Assembly: GCA_903831305.1 (NCBI GenBank)
Contig: CAIKXE010000004.1
Location: 9,026 to 73,025, forward strand
Length of the DNA stretch: 64,000 nucleotides
Reading direction: 5' to 3'
DNA from: an uncultured bacterium
GTDB taxonomy: Bacteria > Patescibacteriota > Minisyncoccia > Phycocordibacterales > GWA1-40-21
Shown here one piece after another: positions 28,990-38,064 of this stretch. The stretch's first letter is position 1. Each line of letters starts with the position of its first letter. Below the pieces are notes generated by a model that was not told where the DNA came from, made no database searches, and was given only the letters and a program-made list of their open reading frames with translations. Both the position numbers and the translations under genes were made by a program.

Positions 28990-29817
28990 ATGAAAAAAAT
29001 AATTGGTACTAGTATACTTGCCTTGTTATTAGTCATCCCGGTGCTCTCCGTTAGAGCGGAAACGGATACAGAGAAGCCAAAAACTGGCGCTGAACAGCAA
29101 ACAGAATGGCAAGGTTTAACTAACAAAGAAAAGGAGGCCAGGGCAATCGAAGCCTTAAGATTAAAAGGCATCAAAATTGAGGTGAGAGCAAGCTCTACTG
29201 AAGACCGGATAGAGGCTCACGAGGCCCGTCTAGAAAACAGAGAAAATAAATTTGATATCAAATATGATCGGAATATAAACAGGGCCAGCACCACTGAGAA
29301 AAGATTAGAGAATAGAGAGATGGATATTGAGAGAATCCGTGAAAGGCTAGCTTCAACCACGTCTTCTACTTCAGCCAAGAGAATAGAGCAGATTAATGAC
29401 CACTTAGAGAAGCAAAGAGAGCAGATGAAGCAAGTCAAGGAAAGATTATTAGAAAAGGAATTGAAAGTATTAGAGGTTTTGGGTGAAATTGCCTCTAAAA
29501 TACAAGAAAGGATAGCCATCCTAGCCGCCAAAGGATTAGATATGACTGTTGCCAAAGCTAAATTAGCTGAAGCCTCTATCAAGATTGAAGAAATAACCGC
29601 CGAGGGTCAAAGCCTAGCACTTTTGATTGAAACAGAGATTACCGAAGCTAACAAAGACCAGTTATTTTCAGACATAAAAACTTCGCAAGGCAAAATAAGG
29701 AGTTTAGCACAGGCCACACATGGTCTCTTGGTCGATACTATCAAAGAGATCACCAAGGTTCTACCCGCCAAGGTAATCCGGACCGCCACGACAACTATTC
29801 CAGACACCACAAATTAA
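28990..29817 (+). CDS. Secreted coiled-coil protein, hypothetical
   Basis: Signal peptide MKKIIGTSILALLLVIPVLSVRA, then a highly charged Glu/Lys/Arg-rich heptad-like sequence. Confidence 0.5.
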   Translation: MKKIIGTSILALLLVIPVLSVRAETDTEKPKTGAEQQTEWQGLTNKEKEARAIEALRLKGIKIEVRASSTEDRIEAHEARLENRENKFDIKYDRNINRASTTEKRLENREMDIERIRERLASTTSSTSAKRIEQINDHLEKQREQMKQVKERLLEKELKVLEVLGEIASKIQERIAILAAKGLDMTVAKAKLAEASIKIEEITAEGQSLALLIETEITEANKDQLFSDIKTSQGKIRSLAQATHGLLVDTIKEITKVLPAKVIRTATTTIPDTTN

Positions 29818-29844
29818 TTTATAAAATAATTTAACACATATCAT

Positions 29845-30093
29845 ATGGAAAACGAAACAACTAACACCATACCAACAGAAAATAAAGGCGGGTTCGGCGG
29901 TGTAGCCGGAGCGGTCATTATCGTCGCCATTATCATCATTGGTGGTTGGTATTTTATCGGTAATCGTGTGGAAAAAATTCAAGATCAAAAATCAGCCACT
30001 ACTTCTTCCCTACAAATCACCACCGGGACTTCAACTGAGATAGATGACATCCAAACAGACTTGGATAATTTGAATCTGAAAGTTTTGGATTAA
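29845..30093 (+). CDS. Small single-TM membrane protein, hypothetical
   Basis: 82 aa. TM segment GGVAGAVIIVAIIIIGGWYFIG. Confidence 0.45.
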   Translation: MENETTNTIPTENKGGFGGVAGAVIIVAIIIIGGWYFIGNRVEKIQDQKSATTSSLQITTGTSTEIDDIQTDLDNLNLKVLD

Positions 30094-30103
30094 AATCACC
30101 AAC

Positions 30104-30180
30104 AAAAAACCTCCAGCAAACCTTCGCAGCGATTAGTTCTGACGTTAAGCGAAGAAGGTTAGGCTGGAGGTTTTTTGTTT
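30104..30180 (+). terminator. Long intrinsic terminator hairpin; the loop carries the family E core (reverse orientation)
   Basis: aaaaaacctccagc...gctggaggttttttgttt with nested stems ccttcgc/gcgaag(aag)g. The loop agcgattagttctgacgttaa is the reverse complement of ttaacgtcagaactaatcgct. Confidence 0.6.
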
Positions 30181-30186
30181 ACAAAC

Positions 30187-30260
30187 GGAAGCCCAGCAAA
30201 ACAATCTTCTTCGTTTAACGGAGTACCTAATCACTACGAAGATTGTTTACCGGGCTTCCA
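30187..30260 (+). other. Second long hairpin upstream of tig, with a family E-like variant loop
   Basis: ggaagccc/gggcttcc and aaacaatcttc/gaagattgttt stems. The loop is ttcgtttaacggagtacctaatcactacgaa, and ccattttgcatttt follows. Confidence 0.45.
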
Positions 30261-30296
30261 TTTTGCATTTTCTGTGTTTTTTGCTAGACTCTAGAA

Positions 30297-31349
30297 ATGA
30301 CAAAATATAAAATAATCAAGACTAAAGAGCTAACGGATTCTGAAGTAGAAATAGAGTGTGAAATAGACGCGGAGGCGGTGGCCACCTACCGACCAAAGGC
30401 AATTGCTAAAATCCAGAAAGACCTCAGCTTACCCGGTTTCCGCCCTGGTCATGTACCGGAAGCCATGCTCGTCAAGCATGTCGGCGAGCTCTATATTTAT
30501 AATGAGATGGCCGAGCTAGCCATTAACGCTTCTTTTCCAGAAATAATTACTGAGAGCAAAACCAGTTTTATCACCATGCCAAATATTCAGATTACTAAAT
30601 TAGCGGACAAGAACCCCGTGTTATTTAAAATCATTGGTCCTGTAATGCCAGAGATAAAGCTAGCGGATTATAAAAAAATCGCCAAGAAAGAAAATGAAGC
30701 TAAGTCAGAGCCCACTGAATCTACGGAAAAAGAATTAGAAGAAACGATAGAGGAGATCCGCAAAAATTTTGCTTTGAGAAACCATACGCATGCCGAGGGT
30801 GAAGAACATAAAGCTGATGAAAAAATGGATCTGCCAGAAGTGACCTTAGACTGGGTAAAGAAACTCGGCGCCTTTGAGACCATGGAGGATTTTAAAATTA
30901 AGATAAAGGAAGGAATACAGAAGGAAAAAGAATTCAAAGCCAAGGATAAAAAGCGTATGGCCATTATTGAAAAGATTTTAGAGGATACAAAAGTCACTTT
31001 ACCTAAAGTGATGATTGAGAGCGAGCTCCATAAAATGCAAGCTCAGTTTGAAGATGATATTACCCGCGCGGGCTTAAAAGTGGAAGATTATTTAAAGCAT
31101 TTAAAAAAGACCCCCGAGGATTTGAAAAAAGAGTGGGCGGGAGATGCGGAAAAGAGGGCCAAGGTCCAGGTCATCATCACCAAGATTGCCTTAGAGGAAA
31201 AGATTGAAGCTGATCCTGAGATCGTAAAAAAAGAAGTAGAAAATCTATTAAAAACTTATAAAGACGCCACTGAGGATCGCACCCGCGCTTATGTGGAAAT
31301 GATGCTCACCAATGAAAAGGTCTTTGAGTGGCTGGAGAATATAAAATAA
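30297..31349 (+). CDS. tig: Trigger factor (short form, apparently lacking the PPIase domain)
   Basis: The N-terminal ribosome-binding domain has the signature GFRPGHVP. At 350 aa it is shorter than the roughly 430 aa typical of TF. Confidence 0.75.
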   Translation: MTKYKIIKTKELTDSEVEIECEIDAEAVATYRPKAIAKIQKDLSLPGFRPGHVPEAMLVKHVGELYIYNEMAELAINASFPEIITESKTSFITMPNIQITKLADKNPVLFKIIGPVMPEIKLADYKKIAKKENEAKSEPTESTEKELEETIEEIRKNFALRNHTHAEGEEHKADEKMDLPEVTLDWVKKLGAFETMEDFKIKIKEGIQKEKEFKAKDKKRMAIIEKILEDTKVTLPKVMIESELHKMQAQFEDDITRAGLKVEDYLKHLKKTPEDLKKEWAGDAEKRAKVQVIITKIALEEKIEADPEIVKKEVENLLKTYKDATEDRTRAYVEMMLTNEKVFEWLENIK

Positions 31350-31351
31350 AA

Positions 31352-32113
31352 TCATCCCCGGTGAAAGGCTTCCCAGACAGCGGTGATAGCCGCTGTTTCT
31401 GCCCGCAGAATATTGTGACCAAGAGAGCAAACCTGAAAATTATTCTCTGTAAATAGCTTCATTTCTTTTTCCGTCCACCCGCCTTCCGGACCCACAAACA
31501 CCGCTACTTTTTCAACTAATATTTGCCCCGCTTCATCATATCCCCGCTCGGTAGCTGAATCACAATTTAATTCACCAGTATGAAAAGCCACACACATTTT
31601 ATTATTTTTCTTGGCCAGCAAAACCGCTGATTCTAAATCAGTAATTTCAAAAACCTCGGGGAGGCTTAGCCGGCCACTTTGTTCACTGGCCTCTTTAACA
31701 ATTTTTTCCAAACGAGGAATATTCAGATCCTTCTTTTCACTACGCAGAGAAATCACTGGGTGAATCTCCGCCACACCAATCTCCGTACATTTTTCCGCGG
31801 CTAATTCAAAATTATTTTTTTTAATCAGAGACAAATAAAGAGAAACAAAATTACGATCCGTCAAATGATATTCTCTAGGTGACTCGGCCAGGACCGGCAC
31901 TACGGTTTTAGCTAAACTCAAAATTACTTCTGTTCTACTCGCGGAAACTATTTCCGCCTTACCCTCAAAACCAGTACCGTCAAATACAATGATAGAATCC
32001 CCCACTTTGAACCGAAAAACGTTTAGGAGCTGATGGATCAAATCAGCATCGGAGATAGTCACCTCCTCATTATTACCCACCTTTTGCGCAATATAAAATC
32101 GGTGTAACCTCAT
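31352..32113 (-). CDS. rsmE: 16S rRNA (uracil1498-N3)-methyltransferase
   Basis: MRLHRFYI... is the typical RsmE N-terminus. A PUA-like N-domain precedes a SPOUT C-domain. The start is the internal Met of the track ORF. Confidence 0.75.
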   Translation of the reverse strand: MRLHRFYIAQKVGNNEEVTISDADLIHQLLNVFRFKVGDSIIVFDGTGFEGKAEIVSASRTEVILSLAKTVVPVLAESPREYHLTDRNFVSLYLSLIKKNNFELAAEKCTEIGVAEIHPVISLRSEKKDLNIPRLEKIVKEASEQSGRLSLPEVFEITDLESAVLLAKKNNKMCVAFHTGELNCDSATERGYDEAGQILVEKVAVFVGPEGGWTEKEMKLFTENNFQVCSLGHNILRAETAAITAVWEAFHRG

Positions 32114-32149
32114 ATGAAACAGTATAGCGTAAAACAAACACAAAACACA

Positions 32150-32280
32150 ACCGCCCCGGTCATCGGAATGACCACCCCGCCTTGACTAAGGCGGGGAAAG
32201 GGAACAGGAGCAGGTAGGGTCCCCTTTCTCCTCCTTGATTAAGGAGGAGTACCGAGTCGGCGAGGGGAGGTGGTGGGGTG
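32150..32280 (+). repeat. GC-rich structured intergenic element, family C copy 2 (between divergent rsmE and clpP)
   Basis: Palindrome ccccgccttgactaaggcgggg. Hairpin ctcctccttgattaaggaggag. Motif ggagtaccgagtcggcgaggggaggtggt, about 65 nt upstream of the clpP ATG. Confidence 0.6.
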
Positions 32281-32338
32281 GTTGTGTTTTTTGTTTCTTT
32301 ATTATAATCTTTACTCATTATCAACTAATATAAAATTT

Positions 32339-32914
32339 ATGTCATATTTAATTCCTACGGTTATTGAAAAGGGGCAAAACGGCGAACGCGCTTATGATAT
32401 TTATTCTAGGCTATTAAAAGAAAATATTATTTTCCTCGGTGGTCCGATCGATGATGATGTAGCCAACATTATTATTGCTCAGCTTTTATTTTTACAAAGC
32501 GAGGATCCTAAAAAAGATATCAAACTTTATATAAATTCCCCTGGTGGTCATGTCTCCGCGGGTCTCGCCATTATTGATACTATGAATCATATCAAAAATG
32601 ATGTCTCCACCGTCTGTGTGGGTATGGCGGCTTCCATGGGCGCGGTGATCCTAGCCTCCGGTGCCAAGGGTAAAAGGTATTCCCTACCAAACTCAGAGAT
32701 CATGATCCACCAACCATTAGGGGGCGCCCAGGGTCAAGCTACTGATATTCAGATTACCGCTAAACAAATTCTAAAATTAAAGGAAAAGTTAAACAAAATG
32801 ATGGCCGAGAGAACAGGCAAAACCTTTGCGGAAATAGAAAAGGATGCTGACCGTGACTACTATATGTCCGCCGACGAAGCTAAAAAGTATGGCATTGTGG
32901 ATAAAGTGCTCTAG
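32339..32914 (+). CDS. clpP: ATP-dependent Clp protease proteolytic subunit
   Basis: [12 protein letters not shown]...[19 protein letters not shown]..., catalytic Ser region GMAASMG, and a His/Asp region. The start is the internal ATG; the track ORF begins at an upstream GTG. Confidence 0.9.
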   Translation: MSYLIPTVIEKGQNGERAYDIYSRLLKENIIFLGGPIDDDVANIIIAQLLFLQSEDPKKDIKLYINSPGGHVSAGLAIIDTMNHIKNDVSTVCVGMAASMGAVILASGAKGKRYSLPNSEIMIHQPLGGAQGQATDIQITAKQILKLKEKLNKMMAERTGKTFAEIEKDADRDYYMSADEAKKYGIVDKVL

Positions 32915-33132
32915 GTTGAAAATTGTCTGACTGGTTTTTAAGCATTGGACATTTTGTTCAAAATATTATAGTATGAAAAAGTTACTAATTAATTTATATG
33001 ACCCTGTTTTTTATCCATTTGAAATCAAAATATCTAGTGTCTAGGCAAAAAATGCCTTTATTTAGTCTACCAAAGGGTAACTAATAAAATTTGTTTTCAA
33101 TTACATAAAAAGCGGAGCATATTCGCAAATTT

Positions 33133-34662
33133 ATGTCATTACAAATTGTAATTTTGTTGGCGGGAGGGGCGGGACTCTTGGGCATTGCCCTGGGGTACTT
33201 TTTGCGTTTGATCATTTCCCTTGGGAAAAAGGGCTCCATGGAGCTAGAGATAAAAGGGATGATGCTTCAAGCCAAGGAGGAAGCTAAAAAGATAGTCTTA
33301 GAAGCGGAGAACAAAGCGGTTGAGACTTTGAAGGAAATCAAAGCCGAGGCTAAAGAGAAAGAAGACGCGTCCAAGATCGTGGAGGCCAGATTGATCAAAA
33401 AGGAGGATCTCCTGGACCAGCGCCAAACGGATATTGATAAGGAAGTAGAAAACATCAAAAAGAAAATTCTAGAGATCAAAGAGATCCGCGAACGAGCAGA
33501 GAAAGTGGAGTCTGAAAAAGTAGGCGAATTACAAAAAATAGCTAATTTGAGTGTGGAGGAAGCCAAAGAAGAAATCCTAAAAGCCACGGAAAAAAAATAT
33601 GAGGAAGATATTTTAGTTCGTATAAAGAAACTTGAGTTATTTGGAGAAGAAAAATATGAGGCCAAGGCCAAAGAAATTTTGACCACCGCTATCCAAAGAC
33701 TAGGTAACTCTGTGGCCTCAGATGTCATGTCCACTATTGTGAATATCCCATCAGATGAGATGAAGGGTAAGATCATTGGTAAGGAAGGAAAAAACATTAA
33801 AGCGTTTGAAAGAGCTACCGGTGTAGAAGTGATAGTAGATGATACCCCAGGAGCTATCACCATATCCTCCTTTGATCCCGTACGCAGACAAGTAGCGAGA
33901 GTGGCCTTGGAAAACCTCTTACTAGATGGACGCATTCAACCCGTCAAGATTGAGAAAATAGTGGAAGAGGCTAAATTAAGTATAAATAAAATCATTAAAG
34001 AAAAGGGCGAGGCCGCCGCTTATGAATGTGGGGTCTTTAACTTGGATCCGCGCATCGTCGCTATCCTTGGTCGCTTACACTTCCGCACTAGTTATGGCCA
34101 AAATGTGCTTCAGCACTCAGTGGAGATGGCCCATATTGCCGGCATGATTGCCGAAGAAATGAAGGCCAATGTCACGGTGGCCAAGACGGCCGCCCTCTTA
34201 CACGACCTTGGTAAAGCCGTGGATCATGAAGTGGCTGGTACCCATGTGGAGATTGGTCGCCGTATCCTCCAGAAATTTGGAGCCAGTGAGGAAATCATCA
34301 AGGCTATGCAAAGCCATCATGAAGAATACCCTTATGAATCCGTAGAATCCATCATTGTCCAAGTGGCTGACGCCATCTCTGGTAGTCGCCCGGGCGCTAG
34401 ACGTGACAACATTGAGAACTATATCAAGAGATTACAGGACCTAGAAGCCTTGGCTAATTCCTTTGCTGGTGTGGAGAAATCCTATGCCTTGCAAGCCGGT
34501 CGTGAAGTACGGGTCTTCGTTACCCCAGAGCAGATTACTGACTTAGAAGCCAAAAATCTGGCTCATGATATAGCCCAAAAGATAGAAACGGATCTGAAAT
34601 ACCCAGGAGAAATCAAGGTAAACGTGATTCGTGAGCTCCGAGTAGTAGAATACGCCAGATAA
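33133..34662 (+). CDS. rny: Ribonuclease Y
   Basis: N-terminal TM, a coiled-coil region, a KH domain (GKIIGKEGKNIKAFE), and an HD domain (LLHDLGK...H...D). Confidence 0.85.
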   Translation: MSLQIVILLAGGAGLLGIALGYFLRLIISLGKKGSMELEIKGMMLQAKEEAKKIVLEAENKAVETLKEIKAEAKEKEDASKIVEARLIKKEDLLDQRQTDIDKEVENIKKKILEIKEIRERAEKVESEKVGELQKIANLSVEEAKEEILKATEKKYEEDILVRIKKLELFGEEKYEAKAKEILTTAIQRLGNSVASDVMSTIVNIPSDEMKGKIIGKEGKNIKAFERATGVEVIVDDTPGAITISSFDPVRRQVARVALENLLLDGRIQPVKIEKIVEEAKLSINKIIKEKGEAAAYECGVFNLDPRIVAILGRLHFRTSYGQNVLQHSVEMAHIAGMIAEEMKANVTVAKTAALLHDLGKAVDHEVAGTHVEIGRRILQKFGASEEIIKAMQSHHEEYPYESVESIIVQVADAISGSRPGARRDNIENYIKRLQDLEALANSFAGVEKSYALQAGREVRVFVTPEQITDLEAKNLAHDIAQKIETDLKYPGEIKVNVIRELRVVEYAR

Positions 34663-34682
34663 TCTGTCAAGACTTTTCCCCT

Positions 34683-34710
34683 CTTGCCCTTTATTTACAA
34701 GGGTATATAA
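34683..34710 (+). promoter_or_regulatory. Putative promoter for hup
   Basis: TTGCCC, a 16-nt spacer, then TATAAT (ctcttgccctttatttacaagggtatataat). A 16-bp perfect palindrome ttgctcgcgcgagcaa lies between it and the start codon. Confidence 0.3.
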
Positions 34711-34793
34711 TAGTAGGGTAAGTAAGGTCGAAATAATTATTAGAATAAATTAAATTTGTTTGCTCGCGCGAGCAATTAAAGTAAAAAAATAAT

Positions 34794-35066
34794 ATGAATA
34801 AACAAGCAATTGTCGAGGCCGTAAATGGTATTTTGAACACCACTAAAGTTCAAGCTGAACAAGTAGTTGATAAGGTTTTTGATTCAATCGTCGCTTCTCT
34901 TAAGAAAGGCGAGGAAGTATCTGTCGCTGGTTTGGGTATCTTCTCAGTGAAGGCCCGCGCCGCTCGTGATGCTAGAAATCCAAGAACTGGTGAGACCGTC
35001 AAGGTCCCTGCTATGAATGTGCCAAAATTCCGAGCTGCTAAAGCTTTGAAGGACGCTGTTAAGTAA
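34794..35066 (+). CDS. hup: DNA-binding protein HU
   Basis: 90 aa. MNKQAIVEAV...GEEVSVAGLGIFSVKARAARDARNPRTGETVKVPA is the canonical HU/IHF fold sequence. Confidence 0.9.
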   Translation: MNKQAIVEAVNGILNTTKVQAEQVVDKVFDSIVASLKKGEEVSVAGLGIFSVKARAARDARNPRTGETVKVPAMNVPKFRAAKALKDAVK

Positions 35067-35071
35067 TTCTT

Positions 35072-35115
35072 AATAAAAAAGCACTCTGAAGTTTATCAAG
35101 GGGTGCTTTTTTATT
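35072..35115 (+). terminator. Intrinsic terminator after hup
   Basis: aaaaaagcactc...gggtgcttttttatttt. A stem followed by a T-tract. Confidence 0.5.
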
Positions 35116-35130
35116 TTGTAAATCTTTATT

Positions 35131-36354
35131 TTACGGCTTCTCGGTATTATAAATATTCAATATTTCCTCTACCGAGAGAGCTTTACTATAAATACGAACA
35201 TTATCAACAACCCCAGTAAAAAAACCTTGGACCGCACCATAGGTAGCCTGAGCACCAAATACTGAAATATTTGCTTTTGTTGTTGCACTAGTAAAGATAC
35301 TATACAGCCATTTAGTTTTGTCGGTTTCAGTACCTATATTTAAACTTTTTTCTACACCATTTAAATAAACAACCGGCGATATTGCGTTTTGAGTAACGGT
35401 AATCATCCCCCAATTATTTATAATGGGATCTAATGTGTCAGTAGAAGTATAGTAACTCCACATTACAGAACTATCCTGATTAAGACTTATTGATAATCTA
35501 TCAAATCTCATATCCGGAACTATATACATTCTGGTTTGTCCGCTCCAAGAAGAAATTGACACAGCATGTCCTTCACTATAAATATCTGGCATTCTAATCC
35601 AAAAATTAACAGACCCGGTTGTATTTTGACTTAGAGAGGATGAACTAATACCACTAATGTCAATATAATCATTCCCATCAAACGCATACGCCGTATTAGA
35701 GAGTCCCTTCACCCCCGTAGTGGCAGTAGCACCAGTGACAGTACCGTTATTACTCCCCCAGTTATCATTCGCATTCCCATCAAAGGACCAGTAAGAGACT
35801 AAGTGATCTGGCAAGATACCGTCAGAGGGTCCTAGAGCAATGGTTTGAGACAGTTCAGCATTAGAGGCTTTGACATAGATCTTGTTAGCGGAGTTCTTAG
35901 CCACTAGGTAGCCAGTGGAGGTACCAGAAGACTGGGGGTCAGTAGGAATAGCTACTAGGTAAGTAGGGACTAGGGGTGATAGGTCGACATAGCCAGTACA
36001 GGAGACACTGTGAGGGGAAGAGGTGGCTCCAGTGTTACAGATCTCTCCTAGGTTAGTGGCAGGGACACCAGCAGGGTAAGTACCGTTATCTATATAGTAT
36101 TGGTATAAAGCTTTGTTGATTTCCGCTAGATTAGCCTTCCTTTGGGTATTACGGACTTGGGAGAACATCTTGATGGGGTTTAGGGCCAGGATGACGATAC
36201 TGGCGAGGATGGCGATGATACCGATGACGAGGAGGATTTCGAGGAGGGTAAACCCGCTCACTAACTTTTTTCTAAAAGTTAGTGAGCGGGTAAAGCCCCC
36301 ACTACGCTTTAGCTTCGCGGGGCAGGCTTTCTGTTTGTATGCTTTTAAGGTCAT
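35131..36354 (-). CDS. Type IV pilin-like protein fused to a C-terminal LamG/concanavalin-A-like lectin domain
   Basis: KLVSGFTLLEILLVIGIIAILASIV is a prepilin motif. The C-terminal approximately 200 aa show LamG_3-like features (FDG.DY....NVRIYSKALSVEEI). The start is assigned to the internal Met (MTLKAY...). Confidence 0.6.
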   Translation of the reverse strand: MTLKAYKQKACPAKLKRSGGFTRSLTFRKKLVSGFTLLEILLVIGIIAILASIVILALNPIKMFSQVRNTQRKANLAEINKALYQYYIDNGTYPAGVPATNLGEICNTGATSSPHSVSCTGYVDLSPLVPTYLVAIPTDPQSSGTSTGYLVAKNSANKIYVKASNAELSQTIALGPSDGILPDHLVSYWSFDGNANDNWGSNNGTVTGATATTGVKGLSNTAYAFDGNDYIDISGISSSSLSQNTTGSVNFWIRMPDIYSEGHAVSISSWSGQTRMYIVPDMRFDRLSISLNQDSSVMWSYYTSTDTLDPIINNWGMITVTQNAISPVVYLNGVEKSLNIGTETDKTKWLYSIFTSATTKANISVFGAQATYGAVQGFFTGVVDNVRIYSKALSVEEILNIYNTEKP

Positions 36355-36601
36355 GATATTAAATAAACCTGTGCTTAATATAATAGCATATATACTGCGA
36401 ACCAACACACCGTTTTGCTCAACTCAGTACCTAATTAGTCACAATTTCAAGTAAGCCATGGCTTACTTCAGCAAAGAGTATACTTAATATTATTATTGTT
36501 AAAGTGGTCAACGTGGCAGGTTGACCACCTTAGACAAAATACCAAGTGAACCATGGTTCACTTGGTATCGGTTACTAATATAATAACAAAACATTTCATT
36601 G

Positions 36602-36672
36602 TGCGGGTAGGGCGAATCGAACGCCCAACATCAGTTTGGAAAACTGAAGTTTTACCATTAAACTATACCCGC
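36602..36672 (-). tRNA. tRNA-Gly (anticodon UCC)
   Basis: The reverse complement folds as a cloverleaf. Acceptor GCGGGTA/TACCCGC, D-stem GTTT/AAAC, anticodon stem TCAGT/ACTGA with loop TTTCCAA, T-arm GGGCG-TTCGATT-CGCCC. No CCA is encoded. Confidence 0.85.
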
Positions 36673-36720
36673 GAACATAATTAAAAGAACCCTCACATTA
36701 TACACATTTTCCCCAAATTT

Positions 36721-36820
36721 CAAAGTAACAAACGTCAAAATTATTTAATTTTAAAAGTCCTCGGATCCCCTCGTCAGAACTTCGGCCAGACATTTTAAAA
36801 TCAAACAATTTTTACTTTGC
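36721..36820 (-). repeat. Family A miniature palindromic element, copy 2
   Basis: The reverse complement contains gattttaaaatgtctggccgaagttctgacgaggggatccgaggacttttaaaattaaat, flanked by caaagtaa/ttactttg. It sits just 3' of the RNHCP gene. Confidence 0.7.
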
Positions 36821-36821
36821 A

Positions 36822-37124
36822 CTACACTGTACCTTTAGAAATCCGAACCACCTCTTCAAAATTATCATTCTTCTCCACTTTCTTCCGGCGCAAGAAATTA
36901 CATTTTTTACACTGATAAGTGAGCACATATTCCCCTTTCTCTATCTCCACCCTGACCGGTTTCATCAACCCTTGGCAAGTGGAAGCACGGTCCCCGGGGT
37001 TTATGTCCACATGTTTACTCCACAAGCATTTTGGGCAGTGGTTCGTATAGCCATCCCCTATCACTTGTTCACCACATTTTTCACAAGTAAAATCCTCAAT
37101 CCTTTTTTGAAACAATTTTGGCAT
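36822..37124 (-). CDS. RNHCP-domain zinc-ribbon protein
   Basis: 100 aa. CEKCGE...YTNHCPKC...CKKCNF gives two CxxC pairs plus the (R/T)NHCP motif. Confidence 0.65.
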   Translation of the reverse strand: MPKLFQKRIEDFTCEKCGEQVIGDGYTNHCPKCLWSKHVDINPGDRASTCQGLMKPVRVEIEKGEYVLTYQCKKCNFLRRKKVEKNDNFEEVVRISKGTV

Positions 37125-37181
37125 ATTTATATTCTTTCACAAAATAAAAAACTATGCTAGTATTCCATGGTCAATCAAATA

Positions 37182-37252
37182 TCGGGGCGTGGTGTAACGG
37201 TAGCATTCATGATTTGGGATCATGCAGTTCGGGTTCAAATCCCGGCGCCCCG
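37182..37252 (+). tRNA. tRNA-Pro (anticodon UGG)
   Basis: Acceptor cggggcg/cgccccg, anticodon stem catga/tcatg with loop tttggga, T-arm tcggg-ttcaaat-cccgg, discriminator A. Confidence 0.85.
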
Positions 37253-37300
37253 ACAAGTTAAACGGCCTCAAGCCGTTTTTAACTTGTCGGGGCGCAAAAA
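37245..37300 (+). other. Extended inverted repeat that includes the tRNA-Pro 3' acceptor strand, plus a second small hairpin
   Basis: gcgccccgacaagttaaacggc ctcaa gccgtttttaacttgtcggggcgc, followed by aaaaatgc gactaa gcattttt. Confidence 0.5.
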
Positions 37301-37404
37301 TGCGACTAAGCATTTTTAGGGATTTGAAAAGGTTCTCCCATATTTTTGAATCCTGACTATCTTATGGAAGGATGAAAAAATGGGAAACCTATACTGGTCA
37401 TGTA

Positions 37405-37520
37405 ATGACCAAAACTCCCGGTGACCAGGCAAATTTTTGTGACGACAAAAATTTAGCCGAGGGAAAAACTCCCGGCAAGACGGAAAAGTACCCGACGGTG
37501 TAACCGTCAAAATTCCCGGC
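37405..37520 (+). repeat. Three direct repeats of aaaa(c/t)tcccgg at 43-54 nt spacing in a non-coding stretch
   Basis: aaaactcccggtgacc at about 37411, aaaactcccggcaagac at about 37465, aaaattcccggcctac at about 37508. No supported ORF (the track ORF 37316..37540 has no start context and no similarity to anything I recognise). Confidence 0.5.
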
Positions 37521-37557
37521 CTACAAGCTCTATCGGACATCCATAAAGGACATCCTT

Positions 37558-38043
37558 TTATAATATAATATCCTCCATATAATTCACCTTGGCCTGCATA
37601 CTTTTTAGGTCCAAATACACTACCGCCACATCAAACTGCCAGTCTACCTCAGTGTTTACCCTTCCAGTTACATGTGCCTGCCCGCCAACTCGGAGGGAAA
37701 CAGCGGTATTCCCTCTGTAACCAAGCAAAAACGTCTGTATTACCCTACTCAGGCGCTTTAACTTCCAAGGGTGGAGGTTATCTTCCGGTCGATATTTATC
37801 CATTTCATACGAAACAGGTGATCCCGGTTTAGTAATATAGTCTGGCAAATGAGAAACAGTTTTAACCTCAATGAAGTGCAGCTTTTGGCCTTTCCGGGCA
37901 ATAATGTCTATTTCACCCCATTTCTTTAGGTAATTCCGCTCAATCACCTCAAAACCACGTTTCACCAGAAACCTACAGGCAATATTCTCGCCAATATCCC
38001 CTATTTTTCGCTTTTCTGTCCTTTTGTCTTCCATTTGTTTCAT
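37558..38043 (-). CDS. YraN/UPF0102-family PD-(D/E)xK nuclease-like protein (with an internal insertion)
   Basis: GDIGENIACRFLVKRGFEVIERNY...GEIDIIARKG...HFIEVKT is the YraN signature. At 161 aa it is longer than the roughly 120 aa typical. Confidence 0.65.
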   Translation of the reverse strand: MKQMEDKRTEKRKIGDIGENIACRFLVKRGFEVIERNYLKKWGEIDIIARKGQKLHFIEVKTVSHLPDYITKPGSPVSYEMDKYRPEDNLHPWKLKRLSRVIQTFLLGYRGNTAVSLRVGGQAHVTGRVNTEVDWQFDVAVVYLDLKSMQAKVNYMEDIIL

Positions 38044-38064
38044 ATGTAACGTTAGAAATCATCA

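Noticed and set aside
33267-33935. 222-aa minus-strand ORF antisense to rny
   Set aside because: It is low-complexity Ser/Leu-rich shadow translation of the Glu/Lys-rich coiled-coil region of RNase Y.
36255-36300. DNA palindrome cactaactttt-agaa-aaaagttagtg within the pilin-LamG leader coding sequence
   Set aside because: It lies inside the ORF and encodes the Lys-rich prepilin leader (SLTFRKKLVS). It is likely incidental to A/T-rich Lys codons.
37316-37540. 74-aa minus-strand ORF downstream of tRNA-Pro
   Set aside because: No start context. The region instead contains hairpins and the aaaa(c/t)tcccgg direct repeats, so it is more likely non-coding.
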